NCBI GenBank assembly: GCA_963758525.1
Contig: CAVWVQ010000002.1
Location: 320,001-384,000, forward strand
DNA length: 64,000 bases
Source: an uncultured Phycisphaerales bacterium
GTDB taxonomy: Bacteria > Planctomycetota > Phycisphaerae > Tepidisphaerales > Tepidisphaeraceae
Direction: 5' to 3'
The notes under the pieces are model-generated. The model was not told the DNA's origin. It saw only the letters and a list, made by a program, of their open reading frames with translations, and did no database searches. Position 1 is the stretch's first letter, and every line of letters starts with the position of its first letter. The position numbers were made by a program, and so were the translations under genes. Positions 11,409-23,502 of this stretch are shown here, piece after piece.

Positions 11409-12794
11409 TCAATACTCCCGCGTCTTGCGGCCTGGCTCGGGCTGCGGGTACATGCCGTTCGCGTCGGGCAAGAGCGGAGCTGGCGAATCCGCCGTCAGCT
11501 TGTCGATGCCGGGGGCGAACTCATGCTCGGAGTTGAGCATCGCATCGAACGTGATCTGCTGGCCGGTATGCGCTGCCATGCGTCCCATGCTGGTGACGAC
11601 GCTCGCCTCAACGCCCCGCTTCACCTCGTTGTAAGGCTTGTCGTTGATGATGGCCTCCATCAGATCATCCCATTCATTCTGATAGGGCGCGCTGCGATCG
11701 GTCGATTCCCAGATCAGGTTCTCCGGCACGGCCGCGAGGCCTTTGTAGGTGCTGGAGGGAGCTCCGCAGTCGCCAATTCTCGAAGCGATCGCGACGCCCT
11801 TGGTGCCGTGCACAAAGCTGTTATACATTGCGGCGGCGCCTGTGATGCATCGGCCGTCGAACAGGAGCTTGGCGCCATCGCCGAAAGTGTATTCGATTCC
11901 ATAAGAGTCGAAGTTCTGATCGACGTAGCGAACGCCGCCGTCTGTGAATTGATGGTGACGCCCTCCCACGCCCTGGGCCATGACGGGCCACGCATTCTTC
12001 ATCCAGCAGAGATGGTCGATGATGTGAATGTTGAAGTCGCTGAAGCAGCCGCCGCCCGACCAGAGGAAGCTGTGAAATCGCCGAATCTGGTATTCCAGAT
12101 CGCTGATGCCGGCGGGCTTGGGCGGCGAGGCAAAAGTCCCGACGGCCCCCGCCATGCGGTAGCCGCGCATCAACACGATATCGCCGATCTCCCCGTCGGC
12201 GATGCGCTGGTGCAGTTGCTGCAGCGGACGCGCGTGCCGGGACATCAATCCAACCCCCACCTTCAGATTTTTCGCCGTCGCCTGCTCGGCCAGCGCCAGC
12301 ATCCGCCGGCTCGCCGCCCCGTCGGCAGAGAGGGGCTTCTCCATGAACACGTTGAGCCCCTTCTCAATGGCATACGCGAAATGCACCCAGCGAAATGCCA
12401 ACGGCGTGGCAAAAATCGCCACGTCCCCCGCCTTGAGGCAATCCATCGCCTGCTTATAAGCATCGAACCCGATGAACCTGCGTTCCGGCGGGACGTCCAT
12501 TTTGCTGGCGAGAAAACTATCATCGGCGAGGCGTTTGTACGAGCTGCTCAGGCGGTCCTCATACGCGTCGGCCATGGCGACCAATTTCGCCTGTACGCCC
12601 CTGACCCGCAGGGCGTCGCCGACTGCCCCGGTCCCCCGGCCGCCGCAACCGATCAGCGCGATCCGGATGGTCGAATCGCCCGCCGCATGCGCACTGGGAA
12701 TTGCGATTGCGGCCAGGGCAGAGATCGCCGCCGCCTGCCCAACCCGTTTACCCAACTCACGCCGCGTGATCCCGGAGTTTTCAGTGGTTCTCAT
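11409..12794 (-). CDS. Gfo/Idh/MocA family oxidoreductase with Tat-like signal
   Basis: TRRELGK twin-arginine-like motif, IGCGGRGTGA Rossmann motif, FMEKP. Confidence 0.9.
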   Translation of the reverse strand: MRTTENSGITRRELGKRVGQAAAISALAAIAIPSAHAAGDSTIRIALIGCGGRGTGAVGDALRVRGVQAKLVAMADAYEDRLSSSYKRLADDSFLASKMDVPPERRFIGFDAYKQAMDCLKAGDVAIFATPLAFRWVHFAYAIEKGLNVFMEKPLSADGAASRRMLALAEQATAKNLKVGVGLMSRHARPLQQLHQRIADGEIGDIVLMRGYRMAGAVGTFASPPKPAGISDLEYQIRRFHSFLWSGGGCFSDFNIHIIDHLCWMKNAWPVMAQGVGGRHHQFTDGGVRYVDQNFDSYGIEYTFGDGAKLLFDGRCITGAAAMYNSFVHGTKGVAIASRIGDCGAPSSTYKGLAAVPENLIWESTDRSAPYQNEWDDLMEAIINDKPYNEVKRGVEASVVTSMGRMAAHTGQQITFDAMLNSEHEFAPGIDKLTADSPAPLLPDANGMYPQPEPGRKTREY

Positions 12795-12872
12795 GAAGAT
12801 AGGTACTGCAAGGCCGCCTGAATGTTTCGCCGTGAACCAGCACACAATCACCCGGCAATAGTTGCGACGGAT

Positions 12873-14065
12873 TTAGATCGCTGGCCAAAGAGGCGTACCA
12901 ATAAACTCGGCGCGCCTGGCGCGGTTTTCCCCGCGGGGCCGGGCGCTGTTGGCCGAAGAAACCCCCGGGATGAGCCATACGGTCCATTGGGTGCGTTGAA
13001 TGAGGGCGAGCAGGCCGATTGAGGAGGTCGCCGTCAGAATAAAGACCGTCGCATCGGCCCAGAACGTTCCGCCGATGCCCAGATGCCGCAGCGAAATCGA
13101 CCAGCAGCCGATGAGAAGCGGATGAATCAGATAGATGCCAAAGGATTTCGGGGCGAGTTTGAGCAATGCCGGCGGAACATTCGCGTTCGGCAGCGACAGC
13201 CCGAGCATCATCAGTCCGATGCCGCCGAGGCTTCTCATCAGCACCGTGACGCCATCCGTCCACCCCAGGAACAAGGCGCAAGCGATCGCACCCAGCGCGA
13301 CCATTGGAAGCTTACCCGAACTCCAGCGCCGCTCCGCTGCGGCATCCTGAGCCAAACCAATCGCCAGGCCCCAGAGCGCGCACGGCAGGATGTGCATCGC
13401 TCGCGCAACAAAGATGCCGATCGAGGTTTCCCGCAGGTAGCTTTCGGGCTGCGGCAGGCGCAGAGCGCAATGCCGATGGAGATGCAAAGCGCGACGGCAG
13501 TTCGGCGCACCGCGGCCGCGCGCAATCCCCAACGGGCGATCGGGAAGGCGAGCAGTGATGCGAAGAAAATAAATGGAAGGAACCAGAGTTTATTGTCATA
13601 ACCCAGCAGGAGCGTGGAGGGGGTCAGCGGAATCACCGGCCGTCGCTCGATCAGGTGGTCGCAACAGACTCGCATCAGGAAGTAGCAAACGTTCCACGCA
13701 ACAAAGGGAATGATGAGCCGCACAAATCGGGTTCGGGCGTAAAGCGGGTAGGAACGCGAAGGATCTTTGCGCAACCCGCGCACCAGGAAGTACATCGCCG
13801 CGGCCGCGAAGAACGACGTCCCCATCAAACCCGGATCGGTGAGACGCGCCAGCCAGGGAACCCGCGCCGTATGGGCAAGCACGATCGCCAGCGCGCTGGC
13901 GACGCGAACCGCATCAAAGCCGGTGCTGCGCCGCCCCGTCGCCGCCTCCACGACGCCGCTTTTTTGACGGGCCGACATAGACGGATGGTCTCCGCGTGGG
14001 AAGGAAGTTCCGGTCGAAGTTGCCGACGACAGAGCGAGAACGTTCATATTCTTTGGATCCTTCAC
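12873..14065 (-). CDS. Acyltransferase family 3 membrane protein; frameshift near 13440; start uncertain (possibly 13978)
   Basis: FDAVRVASALAIVLAH, LWFLPFIF and SFGIYLIHP motifs across two frames. Confidence 0.75.
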
Positions 14066-14246
14066 GCCGGCGGGCAGGCCGCTCGCCTTGTGACGTCTGC
14101 TCCCGGGCTTGACACGCGTTCAGACAGCGGTCGAGCATGCCCTGGACGTAACAATTATCGGACGACGTAAGGGTCCTTCATTTAGAAAAACCCTCGAAAA
14201 GTGCTCCGATTCTGAACTGCGGCGGAACGTAGCTGTTGTTGGACGA

Positions 14247-14295
14247 CCTCTGGTCCCTTCTCCCGGTACGCCGGGAGAAGGTTAGGATGAGGGTG
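14247..14295. repeat. Palindromic repeat family A copy (CCCTCTCCCGGTACNCCGGGAGAGGG type)
   Basis: cctctggtcccttctcccggtacgccgggagaaggttaggatgagggtg closely matches 46443-46491 inside valS. Confidence 0.85.
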
Positions 14296-14332
14296 ACTGA
14301 TCTGTACTTCGGGCGTGCAGGGCCGCGTTCCC

Positions 14333-15124
14333 CTACAACTGCGGCGGGCGGCCGTCGGTGAGGATGTCGGCGCCTTCACGGGTGATGGCAACGGTGTGTT
14401 CGAAGTGGGCGGCGGGCTTGCCGTCTTCGGTGACGACGGTCCATTGATCTTCGAGCAGGCGTACGTCGCGCTTTCCGGCGACCACCATCGGCTCGATCGC
14501 CAGGGTCATGCCGGGGCGCAGCTCGAAGTCGCCGCGCAGTTGCTCGAAGGTGACGAAATTGGGAACCTTGGGGTCTTCGTGCATGGAGCGCCCGATGCCG
14601 TGGCCGACAAACTCGCGCACGACAGAAAAACCGTGGCTTTCCACGTGGTGCTGCATCAGGCGGGCGACGTTGGACCACTTTCGGCCCGGCCGGATGTTTT
14701 GAATGGCGAGCGTGAGCGTTTGCCGGGTGATGTCGAGGAGCTTCTGGGCCATCGGACTGATTCTGCCGACGGCGACGGTGGTGGCAGTGTCGCAGCAGAA
14801 TCCGCCGAGCGAGAGGGCCAGGTCGAGAGTGACGACGTCCCCCTGCTTGAGCGTGCGCCGGCCCGGCACGCCGTGAACGACCTCTTCGTTGACGCTGATG
14901 CAAGTGTAGCCGGGAAAGCCTTCGCCGTCCTTATAGGTTGGATAGTTTTTGGAAAGGGCGATGCCGCCGACCTTTTCCAGTTCGATCCGGGCCAGCTCAT
15001 CCAGTGCGGCGGTGGTCGCTCCCACCACGGCCGCCTGGCGCATTCTGGCGAGGATGTTGCACCCCACCTGCCCCGCCCGACGCATCATTTCAATGTCGTG
15101 TCGGGATTTGAGAATGATGGGCAT
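14333..15124 (-). CDS. map: Methionine aminopeptidase type I
   Basis: CISVNEEVVHGVP, GHGIG, EPMV and HFEHT motifs; follows secY. Confidence 0.97.
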   Translation of the reverse strand: MPIILKSRHDIEMMRRAGQVGCNILARMRQAAVVGATTAALDELARIELEKVGGIALSKNYPTYKDGEGFPGYTCISVNEEVVHGVPGRRTLKQGDVVTLDLALSLGGFCCDTATTVAVGRISPMAQKLLDITRQTLTLAIQNIRPGRKWSNVARLMQHHVESHGFSVVREFVGHGIGRSMHEDPKVPNFVTFEQLRGDFELRPGMTLAIEPMVVAGKRDVRLLEDQWTVVTEDGKPAAHFEHTVAITREGADILTDGRPPQL

Positions 15125-15133
15125 GGGAGGGGG

Positions 15134-15240
15134 AAGGGACTAAGGGACAGAGGGACCAAGGGACAAAGGGGAGAATAGACGCGTGACCACGGGACATCTC
15201 TCTTCACCTTTGTCCCTTCGTCCCTTTGTCCCTTCGTCCC
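15134..15240. repeat. Inverted pair of 8-mer tandem arrays (AGGGACAA / TTGTCCCT) between secY and map
   Basis: Left arm 15134-15170 and complementary right arm 15207-15240. Confidence 0.8.
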
Positions 15241-15251
15241 TGCTCCCCTTC

Positions 15252-16652
<1,401 letters not shown>

Positions 16653-16738
16653 TTTTCCAGATTTCAGATTTCAGATTTTCAGTCGGCCCGGCTTACCAAA
16701 ACTGAACACGGAAAAACTGGACGCGAGCTTGCTGGCGC

Positions 16739-17350
16739 TCATTCCGCGGCGGGTTTTGGCTCCTCGGCAGCCACGGGCTTTTCGACCGCCGCGGGCGCTG
16801 GCTTGGCAGGTTCGGCGGCGGCGGGCTCGTCGGCCTTCACCTTCTTCTCCGGCTCGCGCTTCACAAACCGCTTCTTGGGCTTGGGAAACTCGAAGAGCTC
16901 ACCCTTGACGTTCTGCGGCGCGCCGCCGGCTTCGGTGATTTTCTGATGGGCGGACTTGCTGTACCAACCCGCCATCACCGTCAGCTTCTTATCGATCGTC
17001 CCCTCGCCGAGAATCTTCACCGGCTGTTTATCGTCGGGAACCAGCCCCGCTTCGATGAGCGCGGCAGCGTCAACCGTCGATCCATTTTCGAAAGCGGACA
17101 GATCGGCGAGGTTGACAATGTGGAAGCGACGCTCGAAGTCAAAGTTGCTGAAGCCGCGCTTGGGAAATCGACGAAAGAGCGGCGTCTGACCGCCTTCATG
17201 GCCGCGCTTGATGTACGTTCCGGTGCGAGCCTTGGCTCCCTTATTTCCCCGACCGCAGGTTTTGCCACGGCCGCTGGACTCACCGCGGCCTTTGCGCTGC
17301 GTGCTCTTGTAACGGGGGGTCCGGGCGGTGATCTCGTGAGTCATGCTCAT
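16739..17350 (-). CDS. rplO: 50S ribosomal protein L15 with C-terminal extension
   Basis: GRGESSGRGKTCGRGNKG, EGGQTPLFRRFPKRGF, VKILGEG. Confidence 0.96.
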   Translation of the reverse strand: MSMTHEITARTPRYKSTQRKGRGESSGRGKTCGRGNKGAKARTGTYIKRGHEGGQTPLFRRFPKRGFSNFDFERRFHIVNLADLSAFENGSTVDAAALIEAGLVPDDKQPVKILGEGTIDKKLTVMAGWYSKSAHQKITEAGGAPQNVKGELFEFPKPKKRFVKREPEKKVKADEPAAAEPAKPAPAAVEKPVAAEEPKPAAE

Positions 17351-17363
17351 GGTAACATCCAAC

Positions 17364-17447
17364 GTAGGGCGGGAATTCATCCCGCCGATTTTCAATGTCT
17401 CGCGCGCCTCGCTCCCAAACTCCCGGCGGGACGAATCCCGTCCTGCA
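17364..17447. repeat. GTAG-type REP doublet (GTAGGGCGGGA(A)TTCATCCCGCC) between rpsE and rplO
   Basis: Two inverted palindromes matching the core of the 143-bp element at 48627 and 59164. Confidence 0.75.
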
Positions 17448-17455
17448 AGAATTCG

Positions 17456-18190
17456 CTAGGCGGTAACGAGTTCTCCGGCACCCTTGGGCAATGCAACGCC
17501 GCGTGTCTGCTCGACCTGTTCGCGGTTTTGCAACTGTCTCAGCGCGGCGATCGTCGCCTTGACGAGATTTTTCGGGCTCGTGGAACCGTAGGCTTTGGTG
17601 AGGATATCCGTCACCCCGGCCAGCTCGACGCACGGCCGGACGCTCTTGCCGGCGGTGACGCCCGTGCCCGGACGGGCGGGAACGAGGATCACCGTGCTGG
17701 CTCCGCTGGTTCCCGTAACCGTATGAGGGATGGTGGTGCCCTTCAAGTTCACCTTGAACATGTTTTTGCGGGCATCCTTGGTGGCCTTCTCGACGGCGGG
17801 AGGAACTTCGTTCGCCTTGCCGTAGCCGATGCCCAGGTTGCCCCGACGATCGCCGGCAACGACCAGGGCGCCGAAGCTGAACGTGCGACCGCCCTTGACG
17901 ACCTTGGAGCAACGGTAGATCCGGACAACTGAGCTTTCCAGTCCATTCTCGTCCGCGCCGCGATCGCGGCCGCCTCCACGCTGGCCTCCGCGCTGCCCGC
18001 CGGGGCGTCCGCGCCCGCCGCCGCGGTCCTGACCGCCGCCACCGCTTCGTTGTTGCGGACGGCGCTGTTCGGTGACAGGCGCACCCGTCCCGGCTCCGGT
18101 TGCCGCGGGCGCGGGCGCCTGGGCTGCCACGGGCTGCGGCGCTTCTGGAGCTTGAGGCGGTGTCGTGGGTTGCTGCTGTTCTTCGGCCAT
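17456..18190 (-). CDS. rpsE: 30S ribosomal protein S5 with long N-terminal extension
   Basis: KVVKGGRTFSFGALVVAGD, PARPGTGVTAG. Confidence 0.97.
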   Translation of the reverse strand: MAEEQQQPTTPPQAPEAPQPVAAQAPAPAATGAGTGAPVTEQRRPQQRSGGGGQDRGGGRGRPGGQRGGQRGGGRDRGADENGLESSVVRIYRCSKVVKGGRTFSFGALVVAGDRRGNLGIGYGKANEVPPAVEKATKDARKNMFKVNLKGTTIPHTVTGTSGASTVILVPARPGTGVTAGKSVRPCVELAGVTDILTKAYGSTSPKNLVKATIAALRQLQNREQVEQTRGVALPKGAGELVTA

Positions 18191-18319
18191 AAAACGTTCC
18201 GGTTGATCCAGTTTCTCAATGGGTTGCGCAATCGGGCGCTGTCAAACTCACCTTAAACCGCTGCCGTTGGGCAGCGCCATCAGTTCTAATGACGCGAGCG
18301 CGTTGCGGCACCCGCTCCT

Positions 18320-18691
18320 TCAGAAGCTCAGGCCGCCCTCGCGGGCCGCCTCGGCCAGCGCCTTGACGCGACCGTGATATTGGCGACCGCCGCGGTCAAA
18401 GGCAACCTTGCTGACGCCAATCTGCTTGGCGCGCTCGGCGATTGCCTTGCCGACGCGCTGAGCGGCGGCGACGTTGCCGCCGTTCTTCAGATCGCCGCGA
18501 ACATCCGCCAGCGCCGACGACGCGGCCGCCAGCGTTTTGCCGGCGTAGTCGTCGATGAGCTGCGCGTAAATGTGCTTGTCGCTGCGGAACACCGAAAGAC
18601 GCGGACGCTCGGGGCTTCCGAAAATTCGCGAGCGGATGCTCCACTTGCGGCGCTGCAGCCGCTTCTGTTTTTCCTTGCTGATATCCGACAT
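18320..18691 (-). CDS. rplR: 50S ribosomal protein L18
   Basis: [36 protein letters not shown]. Confidence 0.97.
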   Translation of the reverse strand: MSDISKEKQKRLQRRKWSIRSRIFGSPERPRLSVFRSDKHIYAQLIDDYAGKTLAAASSALADVRGDLKNGGNVAAAQRVGKAIAERAKQIGVSKVAFDRGGRQYHGRVKALAEAAREGGLSF

Positions 18692-18748
18692 GATTCAAAT
18701 ACCTCGTCGCCGCGGAAGCCGTTGCTCCGCCACGCGTACTGTTGGCTG

Positions 18749-19306
18749 TTACTTGGCCGCACCTGCGCCGGCGAAGGCCTTGCCCGGCTTGATCTTGACT
18801 GCTTCACCCTGATAGCGAATGCCTTTGCCCTTATAGGGCTCGGGCTTTCGCACGCGCCGCAGGTCGCTGGCAAACTGCCCGACCAGTTGTTTGTCGGGAC
18901 CGCTGATGGCGATCTTCGTCGGGCCTTCGAGGGCCACATTCAGGCCGGCGGGAATCGGAAGCGTGATCGTGTTGGCGTATCCAACTGACAGCACGATCGT
19001 CTTGCCCTTTTGCTCGGCTTTGTAACCGACGCCGATGATCTCCAGATCCTTGCGATATCCCTGCGTGACGCCTTCAATCATATTCGCCAGAAGCGAGCGC
19101 GTCAGCCCGTGCAGAGCCTTGGTCGGCTTGTCGTCATCGGGCCGGGTCACGACCAGTTCCTTCTTCTCGGCATCGAGTTTTACCGTGATGACCGGATGGA
19201 CATTCAGCTCCAGCTTGCCCTTGGGTCCTTCGACCTTGACGTGCCGGTCAGCAACCGAAACTTTGGCGGCTCCGAGCGGGACAGGTTTTTTGCCGATACG
19301 ACTCAT
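18749..19306 (-). CDS. rplF: 50S ribosomal protein L6
   Basis: MSRIGKKPV, PEPYKGKGIRY. Confidence 0.98.
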   Translation of the reverse strand: MSRIGKKPVPLGAAKVSVADRHVKVEGPKGKLELNVHPVITVKLDAEKKELVVTRPDDDKPTKALHGLTRSLLANMIEGVTQGYRKDLEIIGVGYKAEQKGKTIVLSVGYANTITLPIPAGLNVALEGPTKIAISGPDKQLVGQFASDLRRVRKPEPYKGKGIRYQGEAVKIKPGKAFAGAGAAK

Positions 19307-19317
19307 GATAGTTGTCC

Positions 19318-19716
19318 TTAGCTGACGGTGCAGAGCAACTCGCCGCCCACGTTGGCTTCACGGGCCTTGCGGTCGCTCATGACGCCCTTGCTGGTGCTGA
19401 CCACGACGATGCCCATGCCGTTGAGGATCGTGGGCAGATCGCCCACCTTGCGATACACCCGGCAGCCGGGCTTGCTTTCGCGATCGATGGTATGAATCAC
19501 TTTCTCACCGGACATGGAGTATTTGAGCTTGACGCGGATCTGCCCCTGCTGCTCGTCATCAATGACGTCGAACTCCTCGATGTACCCCTCCTCGCGAAGC
19601 ACCTGCGCGATGCCCGCGCAGATCTTGCTTTTGGGGATGAGGACAAGACGGCGGCCAACGCGATTGGCGTTGCGAATCCGTGTCAGCATGTCGGCGATGG
19701 GATCTTGATTATTCAT
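19318..19716 (-). CDS. rpsH: 30S ribosomal protein S8
   Basis: DPIADMLTRIRNA, SKPGCRVY, STSKGVM. Confidence 0.98.
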   Translation of the reverse strand: MNNQDPIADMLTRIRNANRVGRRLVLIPKSKICAGIAQVLREEGYIEEFDVIDDEQQGQIRVKLKYSMSGEKVIHTIDRESKPGCRVYRKVGDLPTILNGMGIVVVSTSKGVMSDRKAREANVGGELLCTVS

Positions 19717-19725
19717 CGACTCTTC

Positions 19726-19995
19726 CTACCAGCTTGCCTTCTTCATTCCGGGAATGCGGCCGGCCAGGGCCAGCTCCCGCAGCATGATGCGCGATACCTT
19801 GAACTTGCGATAGACGGCCTTGGAGCGCCCCGTGATCAGGCAGCGGTTATGCGAACGCGTCGGGCTCGAATCGCGCGGAAGCTTCGCCAGGGCGGCGAAG
19901 TTCTTCTGCTTCTTGAGGTCGCGGCGAATTTGGGCAAAGCGCGCAACCAGCGCTTCGCGACGCTTCTGTTTTGCAATCCAGGCTTTTGTGGCCAT
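19726..19995 (-). CDS. rpsN: 30S ribosomal protein S14, 89-aa zinc-independent type
   Basis: [28 protein letters not shown]; only one Cys. Confidence 0.95.
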   Translation of the reverse strand: MATKAWIAKQKRREALVARFAQIRRDLKKQKNFAALAKLPRDSSPTRSHNRCLITGRSKAVYRKFKVSRIMLRELALAGRIPGMKKASW

Positions 19996-20029
19996 ATCAA
20001 CTATCCTTGTGACGTTACTGCGTCAAAGA

Positions 20030-20793
20030 CTACGCTTTGGGTCTCTCGACTTTCGCTTTTTCCTCGATCACGCGGAACGGGATCCCGAACGCCTTGAGCA
20101 GTTCGCGCCCCTCCTCGACCGAGCCGGCGGTGGTAACCACGGTGATGTTCATGCCCTGCGTGAAAGTGACGGCGGCGGTGTCGACCTCGGGGAAAACCGT
20201 CTGTTCGGTAAAACCGAAGTTGTAGTTTCCCGACTTGTCAAACCCGTTGGGGTTCAGGCCGCGAAAGTCCTTTACGCGGGGAATCGCCAGGGCGATCAGA
20301 CGATCGACAAACTCGTACATCCGGGCGCCCGGAGGGTGACCTTCAAACCGGTCTCCATTCCTTCGCGCACCTTAAAGTTGGCGACGCTCTTCTTGGCCTT
20401 GCAGCGAACCGGCTTCTGGCCGGCGATCACTCCCAGCTCTTTTTCCGCCTGCTCGAACTTGCCCTTGTTGGAGCTGTCGGTGGCGAACTTGCCCAGGCCC
20501 ATCGAGATCACGACCTTTTCCAGCCGGGGGACCGAAAGCTTGTTCTTGTAGCCGAACTGCTGCACCAGCGCCGGCACAATCTGATCGCGATAGGTCGCAA
20601 TCAAACGCGCAGGAGGCGCCGGTTGCTGCGGCGCGTCATCGGTGGTTTCCTGCCCCGCATCGGCGACCTTGGGCTTGCGCTTTTCCTTGCCGCCGCCCTG
20701 CTTCTGCTTATCGCCGCGGCCGGCGCCCTGTCCCGCGCCCTCGGGCTTGGGCTGCCGGGGCTGCTTCTCTTTCTTCTGTTTTTCCTCTGCCAT
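20030..20793 (-). CDS. rplE: 50S ribosomal protein L5; frameshift near 20330
   Basis: VPRLEKVVISMG and KSVANFKVREG..KVTLR, then MYEFVDRL..PRVKDFRG in the next frame; one missing G restores LRGARMYEF. Confidence 0.95.
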
Positions 20794-20892
20794 AACCGCC
20801 TCCGGCCTGTTGGGGGCCGACTTTTCCGATCGAGCTCAAACGCCTTCATTCGAGGCCGCGGATCTACGTCCGCGGCTCCGTCGGAAGCGCGA

Positions 20893-21228
20893 CTACTTGC
20901 TTGCCCTTCCCAGCTTTCCGAGATCCGTGCCACTGGAAACCGATACGCGGCGCTTGGCGCCGTCGCGCATCTCGAACTTCACTCGCGTTCCCTTGCCGGT
21001 GGAAGGATCCAGCAGCATCACGTTGCTGATGTGAATCGCCGATTCCTTCTGAATTCGGCCGCCCTGCGGGTTGCGCTGGTTGGGACGCACGTGTTTCCAG
21101 ACGCGCTTGACGCCTTCGACGACGACGCGGTTCTTGTCGGTGATGACGCGCAGGACCTTGCCGGTCTTCGGAGCGTCCGCTCCCGAGATCACCACGACCA
21201 TGTCGCCTTTTCGAATATGCCGGGCCAT
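20893..21228 (-). CDS. rplX: 50S ribosomal protein L24
   Basis: IRKGDMVVVISG, ESAIHISNVML. Confidence 0.97.
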   Translation of the reverse strand: MARHIRKGDMVVVISGADAPKTGKVLRVITDKNRVVVEGVKRVWKHVRPNQRNPQGGRIQKESAIHISNVMLLDPSTGKGTRVKFEMRDGAKRRVSVSSGTDLGKLGRASK

Positions 21229-21239
21229 TGGGGTACCTT

Positions 21240-21626
21240 TCAAACAACTTCACTCGCCAGCGACACGATCTTCATAAAGTTCTTCTCGCGCAACTCGCGG
21301 GCGACGGCACCGAAGATTCGGGTGCCGCGCGGGTTGTTTTCCTTGTCGATCACGACCGCTGCGTTGTGATCGAACCGCACATAGCTTCCATCGCTCCGCA
21401 GCGTCGGTTGCTTGGTGCGGACGATCACGCAGCGGATGATTTCTCCCTGCTTCACATCGCCGGCAGGAGCGGCTTTTTTCACGGCACAGATGATCACGTC
21501 GCCCACGCCGGCCACGCGGCGCTTGAAGCGCCCCTTGCTGCTGCTGCCGCGCAGCACCTTGATGCACATCGCTTCCTTGGCGCCCGTGTTGTCGGCGATA
21601 TCAACCCAGGTCTGTTGCTGAATCAT
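21240..21626 (-). CDS. rplN: 50S ribosomal protein L14
   Basis: [19 protein letters not shown]. Confidence 0.98.
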   Translation of the reverse strand: MIQQQTWVDIADNTGAKEAMCIKVLRGSSSKGRFKRRVAGVGDVIICAVKKAAPAGDVKQGEIIRCVIVRTKQPTLRSDGSYVRFDHNAAVVIDKENNPRGTRIFGAVARELREKNFMKIVSLASEVV

Positions 21627-22006
21627 CTTCGAATCCTTCGGCTGCGAGCCGCACGTTTATCGCGCTTCGGCGCCTTGCCGGTCATTACTTCTTCGGCGGA
21701 CACCTGCACGGCTTTTTCCGCCGCCTTGGAGACCACGCGCAGCAGGCGGTGGTGCTTATGCCTGCTCAGCGGCCGGCACTCGGCGATCTCGACGGTGTCC
21801 CCTTCCTTGGCCTCGTTCTTCTCGTCATGCGCGTGCAGGACGGTGCTGCGCTTGAGGTACTTGCCGTACTTGGGATGCTTGGTCTTGTAATCCACCACCA
21901 CCTTGATGGTCTTATGCGCCTTGTCGGAAGCGACCACTCCGCGAATCGTGCGGAGCAATGCTCTTTGCGGGGTCACCGGTGCGGTCGCTTGTTCTGTATC
22001 CGCCAT
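21623..22006 (-). CDS. rpsQ: 30S ribosomal protein S17
   Basis: GVVASDK..KTIKV, HPKYGK, AHDEKN, ECRPLS. Confidence 0.96.
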   Translation of the reverse strand: MADTEQATAPVTPQRALLRTIRGVVASDKAHKTIKVVVDYKTKHPKYGKYLKRSTVLHAHDEKNEAKEGDTVEIAECRPLSRHKHHRLLRVVSKAAEKAVQVSAEEVMTGKAPKRDKRAARSRRIRR

Positions 22007-22039
22007 AGTCATGCTCTCTTCATTCGAACTGTTGCGACG

Positions 22040-22252
22040 CTACTTCGCCGCCGTCGTCGTTGCCGCCAGCTTCCGCTGGCGGAGCACCGTCTTCAGACGG
22101 GCGATGGTCTTCTTCGTCTTCCCGAGCTGCGTCGGGTCTTCCAGCTTTTCAGTCACGGCCTGCGTGCGCAGCTCGAACAGGTGCTTGCGGGCGTCGAGCA
22201 GCTCGTGCTCGAGATGACTGTCATCCTTTTCCAAAATCTCTTTGATCTTCAT
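22040..22252 (-). CDS. rpmC: 50S ribosomal protein L29
   Basis: LFELR..IARLKTVL; position between rplP and rpsQ. Confidence 0.93.
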   Translation of the reverse strand: MKIKEILEKDDSHLEHELLDARKHLFELRTQAVTEKLEDPTQLGKTKKTIARLKTVLRQRKLAATTTAAK

Positions 22253-22289
22253 GGCTCTCTCGCTTCAGCTTCCGCCGCGCTCGATCAGG

Positions 22290-22712
22290 TCAGGCCACCG
22301 CATGTTTGCGATGCACAAACCGGCACGGCACCGGCATCTTGTGCGCCACGCGCGCCAGCGCCTTCTTGGCCGTCGGTTCATCCACGCCGGTGATCTCGAA
22401 CATGATCGTTCCCGGCTTCACGATGGCTACCCAGTATTCCGGCTCACCTTTGCCCTTGCCCATGCGCGTTTCCAGGGGCTTGCCCGAAACCGGCTTATGG
22501 GGAAAGATGCGGATGAAGATGCGCCCTTCGCGGCGGAGGTAGTGGGTGCACGCGACGCGTCCGGCCTCGATCTGGCGGGCCGTGATCCAGTGCGCCTTGA
22601 GCGACTGCAATCCGAACTCGCCGAACGAGACGGTGTTGCCGCGGGTGGCGTTCCCTTTCATTTTGCCGCGCTGGCTTTTGCGGTAGCGAACGCGCTTGGG
22701 CATTAATGGCAT
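22290..22712 (-). CDS. rplP: 50S ribosomal protein L16
   Basis: [21 protein letters not shown]. Confidence 0.98.
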   Translation of the reverse strand: MPLMPKRVRYRKSQRGKMKGNATRGNTVSFGEFGLQSLKAHWITARQIEAGRVACTHYLRREGRIFIRIFPHKPVSGKPLETRMGKGKGEPEYWVAIVKPGTIMFEITGVDEPTAKKALARVAHKMPVPCRFVHRKHAVA

Positions 22713-22724
22713 AAAAACTTCCTT

Positions 22725-23420
22725 CTACCTTCTTCCGCGCCTCGGACCCGGGCCGGGGCGTACATCCGTCTCCGACACTTCTTCACCATACAACCCGCGG
22801 TAGATCCAGACCTTCACGCCGATGGTTCCGAAGGTCGTGAAGGCAATTGCGTAGCCGTAACCAACGTCCGCCTGGAGCGTCGTCAGCGGGACCGAGCCGG
22901 TGGTCTGCTTTTCGGTCCGGGCGATTTCCGCCCCGCCGAGGCGGCCGCTGACGGAAATCCGAATTCCCTTGGCGCCAGCCTGCATCGTCGCTTCCATCCG
23001 CTGCTTGAGCACGCGACGAAAGCTGGCGCGCTTCTTCAACTGCTCGGCAATCAACTCGGCTACGAGTTGCGGGTTGAGATCGGGATTCTTGATCTCGATG
23101 ACCTTGATCGGCGCCACTTTGCGCTTGATGAGGTCTTCCAGCATTTCCCGCAGCGCGTCGACTTCAGCGCCCTTTGAGCCAATCACCAGGCCCGGACGCG
23201 CGGTTCGCAGCGTGATAGTGACCTCTTCGCGAGTTCGCTCGATCAGGATCTCCGCCACCGCGGCCGCCTGCTGGCGATTGAGCTTCCTGTCGATGAGCTT
23301 TCGCAAGCGGTAGTCCTCGACGAGGAAAGCGCCGTACGCCGCCTTGGGGGCATACCACTTGGACTTCCAGTCCTCGGTGATGCCCACGCGGAAGCCGGTT
23401 GGATTGACCTTCTGACCCAT
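22725..23420 (-). CDS. rpsC: 30S ribosomal protein S3
   Basis: MGQKVNPTGFR, SGRLGGAEIAR, GTIGVKVWI. Confidence 0.98.
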   Translation of the reverse strand: MGQKVNPTGFRVGITEDWKSKWYAPKAAYGAFLVEDYRLRKLIDRKLNRQQAAAVAEILIERTREEVTITLRTARPGLVIGSKGAEVDALREMLEDLIKRKVAPIKVIEIKNPDLNPQLVAELIAEQLKKRASFRRVLKQRMEATMQAGAKGIRISVSGRLGGAEIARTEKQTTGSVPLTTLQADVGYGYAIAFTTFGTIGVKVWIYRGLYGEEVSETDVRPGPGPRRGRR

Positions 23421-23502
23421 GGTGTTCCTCTTGTGAATGCGTGCGAGTACGCACACATACCAGGCGATTCGCTGCCCAAGGGCAGCCGTTAAACGTTCCT
23501 CA

